A DNA stretch of 64,000 nucleotides from Trichoplax adhaerens. Taxonomy: Eukaryota > Animalia > Placozoa. The stretch lies in assembly GCF_000150275.1 (NCBI RefSeq), contig NW_002060944.1, positions 7,578,735 to 7,642,734 on the forward strand, read 5' to 3'. Of the stretch, positions 38,695 through 52,293 are shown piece by piece. The notes beneath the pieces are model-generated. The model was not told where the DNA came from and did no database searches. It saw nothing but the letters and a program-made list of their open reading frames with translations. How positions within the stretch are numbered: the stretch's first letter is position 1; each line of letters opens with the position of its first letter. Made by a program: the position numbers and the translations under genes.

Positions 38695-41600
38695 ATGAAC
38701 TTAGCACGGGTTGAAGGAGAACCAACCGGAGTACTGTATTCTGTCAACTTTAACCAAGACTGCACGTACGTCTTACCTTGACTGCCTCTTCATACACGAC
38801 ATGATTTTTGCATTTGTCAATGTTGTTTACTGTCTTACCGCAATTCATTAAAATGTTATTCTACATTGGGGTAAAAAAAAAAAGTCAAGATAGTATGGAC
38901 AAGTACACCATTCAGTGGTATCGATTTTATTCTACCTATTCTATATAGAACTACTAAGAGAGGTTATTTTAACCTGTATACTGCCACTCATTTTGTTCAG
39001 CTTTTGCTTGCATTGAATCGCTGACTTGATAAAAGTCAGACAAATTCAAGTAGCGATGATGATAGTAATGTATTGGAAATGCACCACTGTTCTAGTACCA
39101 TGTTGTTGGGTCTTGCAAAGGGACTCCATCACTGGATACTGTATCATGTCACAGTAGAATAGACAGAGTAGAGTAGGATTGGATGTTTGCAATACCTAGC
39201 CCTAACTCACTTTATCTCACTGAATGCAGCAGTAGACTATCATACCACTTACTATTACTAACGAGCAAAGAATGGAGGCCAAAGCCCACCTCGACGATAT
39301 CACTTTGAAGTGATTTTATTCACATTCCCACTCATTCATTTCCTACTTAGTTGAGCGATTCTCCTCAAAAGAGGAAATGATATGACCAATGAATAGTAGT
39401 TGTACAGTATGATGAAATGGATCATCGATAATACAGCGTCATCAACTGCATAACATAACATTCAAATGGGTATAGTTTATTCAGTTGGCATGATGATAGT
39501 TGACTTTTCTAAAATGTTATTCCTATTTCTCTTTCAAGGTCTGTTGTAGTTGGAACTAAAAATGGCTTTACTCTGTATTCCTTGGCAAATGTAGACAAGT
39601 TAGAGCCAATACATCGATGCGGTAAGCTATCTTATTCATAGTAACCATGTCAAGCTTTTCTTAGTCTAAGATCAACTCGACGGGTACTTGTGTCATAACC
39701 ATCAACAAATGTTGATAAATCATTGCTTCATCATTCCGGCAACAAATCGTCTTACATGGTATGGTAGTCTATCCTAATCACAGCTGTATGGATGAGAATC
39801 GATTAGACTGTAAAAGGGTTACACTATCAGGCCATAGTATTATTCCGTTAATGAACGTATCGTGTAATCAGGATTATTAATCAGTCATTGACGTGGACAG
39901 ATATTATTTTTCGTTTTGGTCTTGAATGACTTGCAATGGTAACATTTCGAATTTCGACATCTTGTGAACATACTGTCAAATCATGAACAATTGCTCTACT
40001 TGACTTATTGTAGCGTCTAGTAATGTCAGTCTTCTCCAGGATAAAGTTATTATTAAAATTATACTTTTCCCCCATACGTATTCCACTGACGAGAAAACAA
40101 CATACAACGTACAGAACGAGAATTATACCGTAACATTTCTAGTCTATGTCTTGATTTGCAATTCACCATATTGCAAAAGATACTTCATCTACCTTTAGAC
40201 TAAGACTGATCAAAAATTGAACATTAATGTAAACCATAAACCTCTATTTCTCCACTGATACGTTTATTTAAAATGCAATTTAGATTAGTAAAAAGTACAA
40301 CTGATTTGGTGATCATGATTATACGGTAGTAAGCGTCATAGCCAATCTACCATTTCTTAAGTGCAGGGAATAAATCGGTCCATTATAGTATAAAATGAAC
40401 AAGAATGCAATTGTCAGCTTTAGATGGCAGAAATGGAAAAGTGCCTTCACAATGACTACGCTTTCGAAATGATGTAGAGGGGGCCCAAAATTCTGAATGT
40501 AGTACGCCCTCTCATCACTTAGTATCGTCTAGGATTGCTGCACGGGGCCGGTGATACACTCTACCGAAATACAATCGCAAATATGCATATCGATGAATAG
40601 CCGGTATTAGGTACCAATATAAAGCGATCAAGTAAAAAATCACTATCGTTTACATTTGTATTATTTACTTGTGATTGCTTTAATAAGTGTGAAGGGTCTA
40701 AATTTAAGCAATAAATTGCCACAAGTTCAATAGGGAAGAAATAAATTACAAGTAATTCAATACTCTATCGATGAGAATTAGCTATGATGACTCTATCTCG
40801 ATCATTCTTGTTGATGTACAGTAGAGTACCACATTAAATTAAATTGTCCACAATACTATTACATACAGTAATTAGAATGAATAGATCAAATACATTTATT
40901 TCGCTTGACTTTTTCTGACACGTTCATTAACCTCCGTATTATTATGTCTACAATGTGGTATATTTATTAACCCGAAAAGTGTATCCAAATTTACAAACTC
41001 CAATCCATAACTACATTTCTGCTATATTAAATTATTAGCAATATCACTGTAAAAGAAAGATTAATTCACAGCGCTAGATACAGTTATAGATGATTTTAAC
41101 AATTATTATCCAATATTTTACGACTTATCTATCCAATTTTTATCTCATCTATCGGACGCTACGCTCTGTAACTTTAAAACTAGGGATAAACCCTTTCAAG
41201 TGAGAGTAAAACTAATAAGCAGTGCTGTAATGCATCGGCTTTTCCTTATTAGATATCGATGGCTTGATCACCGTCTCATTAAGCCTTCATTTTTGCCTTT
41301 CATATTTACACTTGTATAGTGCATTGACTTGCACCGTACAGCATAGAATTACTTTTTTATTAGTAGCGTCTTAGTAACTGCTTTATTAAAAGTAACAATT
41401 TGCATTTTCACACTACTTCTTCCAATGTCTTTCGCTAGCCGGGGAAGATGTTTGCATCGTAGAAAGACTTTTTTCAAGCAGCTTACTAGCTATTGTAAAT
41501 CTCTCATCACCAAGGAAGTTAAAAGTTTGTCATTTTAAGAAAGGCACTGAAATTTGCAATTATAGCTATCCTAATAGTATACTCTCTATCAAATTAAATC

Positions 41601-44127
41601 GAATGGTAAGGCAAAGCTTGTTCAAGAATTTTTGTTTTCCCTTTCGGAGAAAATGATTTATTTCTAGTTTACTGCGATGATAGTTAGCATCGATTTTTTA
41701 TTAAGTTAATATTCAATCACACTTTTCGTCTTAAACAGAGGCTGGTCGTTTGCTTGGAAGATAGCCTGTATATACATAATATTAAAGATATGAAAGTAAT
41801 GAAAAGTCTCGATTTCTGCTTAAATTTTGTTCTTTCATACGCAACTTACAACAAACAGTACAACGTATTCAGACTAACAGCAGTATTTAAATCTCATTTT
41901 TAGGTAATGCATACAATTAAAGATACGCCAAAGAATAACAATGGTATACTTTTGTTATCATTTTATGTCATGCATGTAGCGGTAGTTCTTATCTTTAAAT
42001 CTTGAAATGAATAACTGATAACATTTACGTAGATCCTAAATTCCGATTTAATACGGATTTTAATATACGGTACAATAGAAAATACCACTTTAATTTATAT
42101 TGAAGCAAACTTAGACGGCATAAATCGAAAACTTTATCTGCTATTTAAAAAGTGGATACCGCTACAGTACTATATATTGAGATACATCCTATATTAAATA
42201 GTAATCTGTTACTTGTATTAGGTTTATGCGCATTATCTCCAAATTCAGATAACTCCTATCTGGCTTATCCAGGGAGCAGTCAGGTACCATTAAATATTAT
42301 GATGAATGGATAACCTATTAGAGTGTAATTCTCATGCATTTAAACATTATACTACTTCTTAGGGTAGATAAATAATACCCTGATTGGATTTATAATCTAT
42401 AAACCAATGCTAGAGATCTTTACTAAATATATATTAATAGTAGTAATAATAAAGTTGTCGTATGCTATCATTATTGTAGAGTGGAGAAATTCAAATCTTT
42501 GATACATTAAACTTGGTAAGTAATGTGCTATAATTTTCTAATTAGGGCTATTGTTATTATATTTATTTTAATTGATATTAGATGTACAGTATTATCTGTC
42601 TTTATTTTGTATGAATAAGAAATGTTGACATAATTGTCTATCCTTACAGAGGGCAGTTACAATGATTTCAGCTCATCAATCGCCATGTGTTGCTTTCGCG
42701 TTCAATGCTAGTGGAACAAAGCTCGGCAGTGCTTCTGAAAAAGTAATATTTAATAGTTTAAAATATCTTGCTTCAGTTGGTTGATCTTATTACTACTTAT
42801 GCTCAAATATGAATAGGGAACCGTTATTAGAGTCTATTCTGTACCTGACGGGCAAAGACTTTTTGTATTCAGAAGAGGTGTTAAAAGGTGCACTTTCGAA
42901 CTATTCTGTTACAATGAGCTTGATGAGGCCATCAGTTTACTCGAATTTATACTGAATATCTTTCTAATATCTACACTTTATTTGAACTCTATACTTGTGA
43001 CTATCGCGTTAGTAATTGATGTCTCTTTTAATTTTGTAATAGATGTGTCAGCATTAATTCATTGGCGTTCAGTCACGATTCAATGCTGTTATGCGCTTCT
43101 AGCAATACGGAAACCGTTCATATTTTCAAATTAGAAGAACAAGAAGAAGCGTAAGTGTTTTAAAGTTGATCTTTTCTTTGTTGGAAATCAACCGATTATC
43201 ATATAATTGTTTCATTAGTACTCAAGAAGAACCTGCAGGATGGATGGGATATTTTGGAAGAGCTTTAATGTCATCCACTAACTATTTACCATCACAAGTA
43301 GCTGATGTCTTCACCCAAGGCAGGTCATTTGCTACCGTAAGATTACCGAACCCTGGTAAGTTAAAGCCTTATCTGTTAATTTATGGGCTATACACTAATT
43401 TTATTTTATGATATAACTACTTTTCTTGGAATAGGCCTACGAAATATATGTGCTTTAGCAATGTAAGTACCAGCCTATACTTGTATGTACAGTACATATT
43501 AGAAATCAGGTAGTAGAGAAAAGCTGTAATTCTCATTGATGACTTTATTTCGATTCCAGCATCAGTAAAACATTGAGATTATTGGTTGCATGTGCTGATG
43601 GGTATCTATATGTCTATGACGTGCCAAGCAATGAACAGGGCGGAAACTGTAATCTAGTAAAGCAGCATAGGTATAGTTCTAGAGTAGGGTTAGACACGAT
43701 ATGAGTGTATTTCAAGACTTTGATACTAAATTAAATAGTAATGGATGATATAAAAGAATGGCTTACCAAGATGTGTCGCCCTTACATTTTCGATTTTACA
43801 TCTTCATAGGTTAATTGGAAACGATGAAATAGACGACTCTATAGTAAGAATTTATAGGTTAATATATTGCGGTGGTGTAAGAGTGAATTTAATATAGAAT
43901 GGCTGTATTTGTACTTGTAGGAGAGTAAAAGTACCTCAACCGGTGAACCAGAAACAGGAAAGCCCGTTTTAAAAGAAGGCTCTCCTCCAACGGAACCACC
44001 AACTGGTAGTATCGGACAGGCAAACTCTGTAGACAGCAAAGGGCCAGCGGATGTTACAGCTGCTACTGGTGCCTTAAAATTATCAGAATCTCCTAAAGGA
44101 CCGGACTCAGAATCGGCGACAAATTAG
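38695..44127 (+). CDS. WIPI2: WD-repeat phosphoinositide-interacting protein (WIPI1/2, ATG18 family), ~15 exons
   Basis: [87 protein letters not shown], the PI3P-binding FRRG at ~42868, [32 protein letters not shown]; stop TAG at 44125-44127. Confidence 0.93.
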
Positions 44128-45149
44128 ACTAAATTTGGAGTACTTAGCAATATTGAATCTGTGTTTTAAATGTTGATTATGTCGCTATTTCTTTTTCAAA
44201 GTATAGCAAGAAAATAACATGATTCGTGACTCTTGAAATAAATTAATTCTATATCGAATATCTTAGTTAAATCATTATTTTATTTGAAAATGCTATAAAA
44301 TTTAAGTCGTACCATTTCCATGTTAATGTAATTAGAATGAAGCAGTAATTTTCGTAATACGTACGAATGCATGTACACACTACATATTTTTCTTTTTACT
44401 ACTGTGATTACGTTGATTCAGGACATTTGGTATGATAAATAGAGTTATGATGATACAACTTTGATCTTTAGTCTATGAAAATGTTTCATCAACCACACAA
44501 ATTAACGAGTCTTTATTATTATAAATATTTATACAGTATATATATAGTATGTACGTATACATGTACCATTGTACGTTATTACTTTGTACAATAAACTGAT
44601 TGTAACTATTGCGGATCCATCATTAGTATGGTAATTGCTATAGACTGAATATTTTAAGAATCGAAAGAAACAAATTTATTCCTAAGTACAGGGATACTAT
44701 CCTATCTGAGATTTTTTAAGGTATGATCTCGTTTTAGTGAAACAGATTGAATAATTTTCTAATATCCCTTTAAATAATCAGTTGTTGGTAAGCATACCGT
44801 ACCTAATTTTTGTTAAGGGCTATGCGTTGTATTTATCGTAGAATAGGTTATTAACCAATACAATTGTAAACACTGAAGTGCACGATACATAATTTTGCCG
44901 AATTTTTTGTTTTGAAGACATAAAACCTTTTACAATTTTGGCTATCGTGGAAGCAATTTTCTGTAAATCTAACCTCATACTACTGTACAGTACTATTCAC
45001 TAGTACAATATTAGGAGCTCCAAATTATGCCAATGTCATTGTCGACGTTTGTATGTATGCGTATTTACTATTTGGGAATGATGTTTAAATTTTACATTTG
45101 ACATTGATACAAGCGTAATAGTTTAAGTCGTATAGAATTTCATAACTTT

Positions 45150-45570
45150 TATTATAGAGATGACTGTTCATGTAGAGTAGTAAATTTGTTAAAATCTAAA
45201 GCGTCATTAATCAAGGTCAACTTAAACTGTATCATCAATTAAATTAGGTTGTATTTTTATTGTAGTTGAGGAATTTTATTATTAGCAACATGCTACAGAG
45301 ATAACTATGTGAATTACCCCACTTGGTTGGAGAGTGGTTAAAATCCAAAAGTGTTATTAATCAACACATCTTTGCTCAAATTAGCTTATAATTTTATTGT
45401 AATTGGAGAACTTTATCACTACCAACATTCTACAGAGATGACTACGCAAAGTACTCCGCTTAATTCCAGAGTTGTTAAAGTTTAAAAAAGTCATCAATTA
45501 AAGTCAACATAAACTGTATCATGATTCAAGTGAATGTTGTCTTTTTATTGTATTTGAAAAACTTTATTTG
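45150..45570. repeat. Two-copy diverged duplication (~278 bp spacing)
   Basis: AGAGATGACT...TTGTTAAA...GTCA..AAT.AA.GTCAAC.TAAACTGTATCAT...TTTTTATTGTA.TTGA at ~45156 and ~45434. Confidence 0.65.
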
Positions 45571-45964
45571 TGAATAATGTCCTTCAATAAGGGAGATTAC
45601 GAGTATATTCCATTTTTTTCCTAAAAGAATAAATTATATTATAGAGATTGCTTCATATGTCTACTCGAATAACGATATGATTACTTTATAGAATTGTTCT
45701 ACAAATATCGCTATACAATTTTTTAAAACAGATACCAATTTTGTTTGTTTATCAACAGCCAACAAACCAACCTAAAGACTAACTCAAATAAATGATCCAT
45801 GTTATGTAGACTGGTTATGTATCGATCAGCAGATCATAGCAAATGTTTCTCGACTGTAATACTGTCAAATTGACTCTTTATAAATAGTAAAAATAGAAGT
45901 TCTATAATGTTATATTATTTCATAGGCAATCCTGTACTGAGAATGTCCACGATATAAGATGACT

Positions 45965-47020
45965 TTATGGAATAAATTCAATCCCTTCGAATTTTTTGTT
46001 GTCTACGTCTTGATCATGTAAGATGACAGTGCCGTTAATACTGAAGACCGTGACAAAGGTAGCAACTTTACCTTTATTTTCTACAGTTTTCAAAGCTATG
46101 ATCCAATTATCACTAGTGCCAGGTATAAATCGCATAGCTGAATAGCCTAATAATGGATTTAAGACACCAATATGCTTGACACGACAACTTTCAAAGTTTT
46201 CAGTACAGCTAATTAATGTATTGGTGCCTCGTCGTTCATCTTTCACATCATCATATTTGTTATGGCTTGCACGTCGAGGTAAAAAAAACCACTTTCGATG
46301 GATGTTACTCCATACAACAGCTTCATGGATGACATAACCGGGTGATGTAATCCCTAAGGAAGATTTGACTTTTTCATACCTTTTCACCCAATTAATATGC
46401 TTCATACCGCCATCTTTGTTAATGCGTTTAATATACTGGGGATTAACATTTAACACTTCGCCTGTTTTACTAGTCCATTCTTTACCGAAACCACCTACAA
46501 TTAAATGATCATCTTTAATAGTTGCCCATTCAGATTTGAAGCCCTTCGCTACAGTACCATCACCATCAGCTAATATTACCCAGGGTACTGCTTTTTCACG
46601 AATAATTTTAAAAATGACACCTGATCGGTCATCTAAGGCGCAAAGATGATTGTTAAAGTAGATTAATTCCGATAATTCCATGCCACGTCCATTTTCAGCG
46701 AGATGCGATTTAATAATGGAATAATCTTTCTTCCAATTAATTTTAATACTATTATCGCTGAATATTTTTAAGTTGCCATAACGTAAATAGCTTCGCCAAG
46801 TGTTGGCTTTATTTTCTTTCGATTTCTCGTCTAAATCTGATATTATAGCTATCTTATACTGAAATTTAACCTTTACAACTTTCCTATTTGTGTTGCGATC
46901 AGAATTACGACGTTGCAATCTATGATCGTCATTTTGTAGGTACTTTTCGTTGGGAAATAATAAGTATACCAGTAGGATAACACCAACAAGGATTAACATA
47001 AGATTTAATTTAGTAGCCAT
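45965..47020 (-). CDS. CANT1: Soluble calcium-activated nucleotidase 1 (apyrase); type II membrane anchor, intronless CDS
   Basis: 351-aa ORF with IAIISDLD, GRGMELSEL, DDRSG, PWVILADGDG, GFKSEWAT, GGFGKEW, PGYVIHEAVVWS, WFFLPRRAS and KFEGIEFI. Confidence 0.96.
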   Translation of the reverse strand: MATKLNLMLILVGVILLVYLLFPNEKYLQNDDHRLQRRNSDRNTNRKVVKVKFQYKIAIISDLDEKSKENKANTWRSYLRYGNLKIFSDNSIKINWKKDYSIIKSHLAENGRGMELSELIYFNNHLCALDDRSGVIFKIIREKAVPWVILADGDGTVAKGFKSEWATIKDDHLIVGGFGKEWTSKTGEVLNVNPQYIKRINKDGGMKHINWVKRYEKVKSSLGITSPGYVIHEAVVWSNIHRKWFFLPRRASHNKYDDVKDERRGTNTLISCTENFESCRVKHIGVLNPLLGYSAMRFIPGTSDNWIIALKTVENKGKVATFVTVFSINGTVILHDQDVDNKKFEGIEFIP

Positions 47021-47619
47021 AACGTGAAAGATTGTTGTAGAATATTATTGCATCTTGCTAGTAGGAGATTAATTCATAATGTAATCCAATATTGGTGAAA
47101 GAGCATGAAAAGGCGCCCCACCGATTGCAGTTGAAAGTCGACTTGAGAGAAAGACTATGTACTGTATTATTGCAGTGGTATACTATACAACTGTTGTCTT
47201 TTATCACTGTACTGGTGCAATTGGCGATGGTATTTCAACCAGTAGAATGTATCCAATCTAATTTGTAAGATTCCGCGCAGTTATAAAGTTCTACTCGAGG
47301 AATATTTAACCTTCTTCAAATACAGATGATTTAATTTATTAATTTAATATCTACCTAAGACAAGGATATACAGCACGAGCTCTCTCGCATTGGTAATCTG
47401 GAGTATCTCCTTAGGCGCGCTATAATACCTTGAATTCTACGACTACAAGTCAAGTGGATACTGTCTGTGTATTGAATTTTTCAATTCGTTGTCAACAGGG
47501 CAAAGTAAAACTTCTACAACAGCTGGATACTTGTGATTCTTGGAGGAGAGGAATTTTAATGACAGATAGGATCAGCCATTAGTGCAGCAACTTGCAAGAC
47601 GAACGATTTCCTGGGCTAG

Positions 47620-48620
47620 TGGTCGCAACAACAGTCTGGAATAGTCAGTCTACTGGGCAATGGGCACGTAGGCAAATACTGTAGAGTACAATGCCCACAG
47701 TACTGTACACTGTACACTGTACAGGTATGGAGTCTAAAAAGAGGTCACAAAGTAGGGGTGACATTCATTTTGGTAGCAGGCCATGAACATCAGCAATATT
47801 GTGCGCAACAACAGTCTGGAACAGTCAGTCTACTGGGCAATGGGCACGTAGGCAAATACAGTACTGTAGAGTACAATGCGCACAGTACTGTACAGTGTAC
47901 ACTGTACAGGTATGGAGTCTAAAAAGAGGTCACAAAGTAGGGGTGACATTCATTTTGGTAGCAGGCCATGAACATCAGCAATATTGTGCGCAACAACAGT
48001 CTGGAACAGTCAGTCTACTAGTACTGTACAGGTATGGAGTCTAAAAAGAGGACACCAAGTAGGAGTGACATTCATTTTGGTAGCAGGCCATGAACATCAC
48101 CAATATTGTGCGCTACAATAGTCTGGAACAGTTTACAGTACTGAGCAATGGGCACGTTGGCAAATACTGTAGAGTACAATGCACAGTACAGGTATGGAGT
48201 CTACAGTACAATAAAATGATGTCATGAAGTAGGGGTGACATTCATTTTAGTAGTAAGCCGCTAAAGTCAGCAATATTGTGCGCTACAACTGTCTGGAACA
48301 GTCTACAGTACTGGGCAATGGGCACGTAGGCAAATACTGTAGAGTACAATGCACAGTACAGTACAGGTATGGAGTCTACAGTACAGTAAAATGATGTCAT
48401 GAAGTAGGGGTGACATTCATTTTAGTAGCAAGCCTCTAAAGTCAGCAATATTGTGCGCTACATCTGTCTGGAACAGCGTACAGTACTGGGCAATGGGCAC
48501 GTAGGCAAATACTGTAGAGTACAATACCCAGTACAAGGATGGAGTCTAAAAAGACGTCATAAAGTAGGGGTGACATTCATTTTGGTAGCAAGCCCTTTAG
48601 TCAGCACTATTGTGCGACAT
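47620..48620. repeat. Tandem array of ~6 units (~120-185 bp) upstream of CANT1
   Basis: GTGCGC.ACAAC.GTCTGGAACAG...GGGCAATGGGCACGTAGGCAAATACTGTAGAGTACAAT...AGGTATGGAGTCTA...AGTAGGGGTGACATTCATTTTGG; units start near 47622, 47801, 47986, 48107, 48277 and 48452. Confidence 0.95.
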
Positions 48621-48795
48621 AGTATAGTTTGCAGGCTGGTATTGCTTTAGTATCGCTAGCAGAAATAATGTCACCATTAGATGCCTATTTTACTACCTTT
48701 AACAGGTCTGCCGTGCAGTACTTGTTACTGTAACTCATAGCACTACAGTAGTGTCCGTCGAGACGGAGAATCGTCATGGACTTACCAGAACACAT

Positions 48796-49136
48796 CCTGG
48801 ACTGAACTCAGAACGGATCACTCCCTCGGACGGACAGACTTTCCTTACCCAATGAGGTCGTCGATATGGAAAAATGACTACTGTACTTACTAAGTAGACT
48901 TAGTATAAATCTGTTTCCAAGCAGAACTTAACTTATAGTTGATAACCGATAATAAGATTGAACGTACTATTACTTACTGTACTGTACTTAATTTAGAAAA
49001 GCATCAGTCCATTCAAAATCGACCCTCTACATATTAAAGTACCGTCATAAGACTCATATAATCAAGTATTTAGCATCGAGAGGGGGACCGGCAATGTCTG
49101 TCCGTCCTTGAAATGATCAGTCCAGTCCGGTCCAGG
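48796..49136. repeat. Imperfect ~42 bp inverted repeat pair in the CANT1/RSL1D1 divergent promoter (MITE-like or symmetric promoter elements)
   Basis: CCTGGACTGA...GATCA...GGACGGACAGAC (48796-48839) versus GTCTGTCCGTCC...TGATC...GTCCAGG (49096-49136); no clear target-site duplication. Confidence 0.5.
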
Positions 49137-49385
49137 TCTTCTTCAAGTAGTTTTACTATGCAGTAGATGGTGTACTGTATAGAGTCGTATACAGTACCGT
49201 CCAATCTAGTCTTTATTATAGCGATAGAGTATGGTATGCATCGCATCGACAACATCGGATCCGATCATACAACTCGCGCAAATTGAACACCCTCTCTATT
49301 CCACGTGATACTGGCTGCAGTCCCATTTTAAAATCAGCTCTGCTCTTAAGGTTGCCATTCCATCTTATACAATTTATCCTCGCCA

Positions 49386-52293
49386 ATGGCAGCTAAAAGC
49401 AAGAATGCAGATTATCAACACAAATCTAAGCTCGATGAACATCAGGTATAATCAACGGATCTTGAATTGTACTGGATGAAGGCTGTATGTTGTTGTGATC
49501 CTTGCATTATGATGATGGAGTAATTGGTGCAGGATGACATGCCTCACGGGCTCAGTCATGCTGGACTTGGACCTGCAGTTTTCATCGCCTTTCAAAATAA
49601 ACGATTATTATCCATTTTAAATCTAATTAGGATAATAGGAAATATTAGAAATGCTTCTCACTGTAATAAGATCACAAGTTTGCAATAACTGATGCCATTA
49701 AAAATAGATATACCAGCTCATCACTCAACCTTTCATTTCTTTTCTAATTAATCGACAACATGAGTACTGTAAGCATAGCAAGATCAAATGGTGTGATAAT
49801 GATAATGCTGTTGTAGCTTACTACTGTATAGTGAATTGGCCGTAGGATAATGTTCAAATGCAATACATCAAATGACAATCAGGGCTTATATCCAACGAGG
49901 ATTTCTTCACTATTCTCAAAATATAGTGAATACGGGTGTATGTATTTTGTATTTTAAACATCTTTTGGCCAATCATCAGTTATAAAAGCCAGCCTTCAAG
50001 TACCATGCAAACCCTACCAGGAGATAGCCTCAAATCTAATAATTGCAAATGGAACGTAAAAGACAAGCTTATAATGGATGGAAATGACGTGCCAGTAATT
50101 AATGCTTTAGTAGTTTACTACCTAATTGCCACTTTAGAACTCGTCCAGTTTGGTGTAGATATTTCACTAGCGTGGACACTGCAAGAGTTCAAACACTCTT
50201 TCCTGCCTGCGTCTGCTAGAATATAACTACTGTATCTTATTAATAAAGCTGACTACAAGGCCTTCCAGCTAGACTATTCAGGCTACAATCTCCAGCATCG
50301 ATCTCTAATTACAATCTAACCTAATCAGTTTGCAGCTGGATAAACCGATACTCAATCGCATTGAGTGACGCTAAAATGCTTCTAAATCGCTCCAAACCAT
50401 TGCCCTCTTTTAACGATCATGTTAACCTACTGTATTAGGATAAAGTTCGGATACATTCCTCTTACGTTTTTCAACTTGGTTGCATAATAATGACTCGTAT
50501 ATATATTAAAAATTACTGGACTAATAATAACAAATTTTTGATTCTTTCCTCTCTATTAAGGTTCAGCTTGCTGTCCCAGCTCTTTTTAAATTATTACAGC
50601 TAAATGAGGTGAAAGCAAAAAAAAGAAAACTAATGGCTGATGACGAGAAAATATGGTTAAATTTGATATTAAAGAAAATACCCAATCCAACCAAGCCTAT
50701 ACAAATGTAAGGTTATATCAAGACTTTCGCAGTCTTTCTGCACGTATTACAGTAGTACAACAATGGCAATCTTATATCAGCCTCAAATATCAAGTATTCT
50801 AGCTATCTTCCAATGTAAATAGCACAAGTATTTGATGTACAATACCTAATATGAGTATTCTCATTGCAGTATACTGTATGGTACAATAATAAGGGGATTG
50901 ACAATTCTTCTTAAGCATATAATATGATCACAACTTAAATAATCTCCACCTTACTAAACAAGTAATAAGCAGTTTCGCCCATCACCACTTACCCATAGTA
51001 AAACGGTATATAAGTTAGCTGTTGGTTAAAGTTTGGACTGTACCTTAATTACCTATGTCTTCCTAGATCCCTACCGCATTCACTGCATCCTACTGGTACA
51101 CTTGAAATATGTCTATTTTGTAAAGACAACGAAAAGGACACCATTAAAAAAAAGCTTGAAAAGGATGGCATCACAGAGATTGTTAAGGTTAGTAAGGCGT
51201 TCATGTTCGACTCATTTTAGCATGATGAACTTAACGTTATAACCTACTACTGTAGCAATACTACCGTATAATAACATCTTTCTACAGTATTTTATTACTG
51301 TTTCTTTCGTACTATGGCAAAAGTGGTGAAATGTGTTATTAAAAAATAGTTTTTGACTGGACTACGATATTCAAATATTTAAAAGGATTATCCCAGTGAT
51401 TACGATTTATCAGTTCCTATTACTTATAATATCGCAGTTGTGCTTAACTTTATTAATTGTGGCATTTCTAATAAAAAGGATATAATTTGTATATAGCAAT
51501 GTCTACTCTTATGATAATATGATATAAAATAATGTAATGCTATTAATTTCACAGATAATCTCCATCATCAAATTAAAGAAAAATTATAGAGGATATGAAG
51601 CCAAACGACAATTGTGCCAAATGTATGATCTTTTCTTAGCCGATGACAGAATTTATCACTTACTACCACCCTATTTAGGCAAAAAGTTTTTTGAAAAGAA
51701 AAAGTAAGGGATAGAATCTACGATACATATCATTGTACTACATACTACTTTATTACTTTATCTAGTGCTACCGATGCAGTATTCTCATTTCAGTATCGAT
51801 TGCTTTAGGTATCCTATTCCAGTGAGTGTAACCAAGAAAAATTTGACTTCTCAAATAAACGGTATTCGTAATTCGACTTATTTCAGCCTTGGTAAAGGAA
51901 AATGCAAGTAAGTATATCGACTATCGCCCAGGGAAATTGTAGCAACTCTACTGATTATGCTTTTGCACGTATGATGTAGTATTTTTACTGTATATATAGT
52001 ATCTTGTCAGTATTGCATGCGCCATAGGTTGAAAGAAAAAATTGATCTTGATTTCTAGTGCCATTCCTGTTGCAATGACCAATCTGGATAGCGAAAAAAT
52101 TACTGAGAATATTATAGCAACAGTAAATAGCATTGCTGCCAAGATTCCGCGTGGCTGGAAAAATATCCAAGCGTTATATATCAAGACCACAGCAACAGTA
52201 GCTTTGCCTATATATAACTCTATACCTTATGAATCGACAAAAATTAATACTGATAACACGACAAAGACAGTTAAAGTGTCATTAGCCGACTAA
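49386..52293 (+). CDS. RSL1D1: Ribosomal L1 domain-containing protein 1 (CSIG/Utp30-like), 6 exons
   Basis: Exons about 49386-49445, 50561-50706, 51067-51187, 51554-51704, 51809-51907 and 52059-52293: LDEHQVQLAVPAL, LPHSLH..EICLFCKD, LKKNYRGYEAKRQLCQMYDLFLADDRIYHLLPPYLGKKFFEKKKYPIPV, IPRGWKNIQALYIKTTATVALPIYNS. Confidence 0.92.

Noticed and set aside
40465-40520. Hairpin with ATGATG and CTGA in WIPI intron 2 as a C/D snoRNA
   Set aside because: Imperfect C box, no terminal D box or stem at a plausible distance, and no recognisable rRNA guide.
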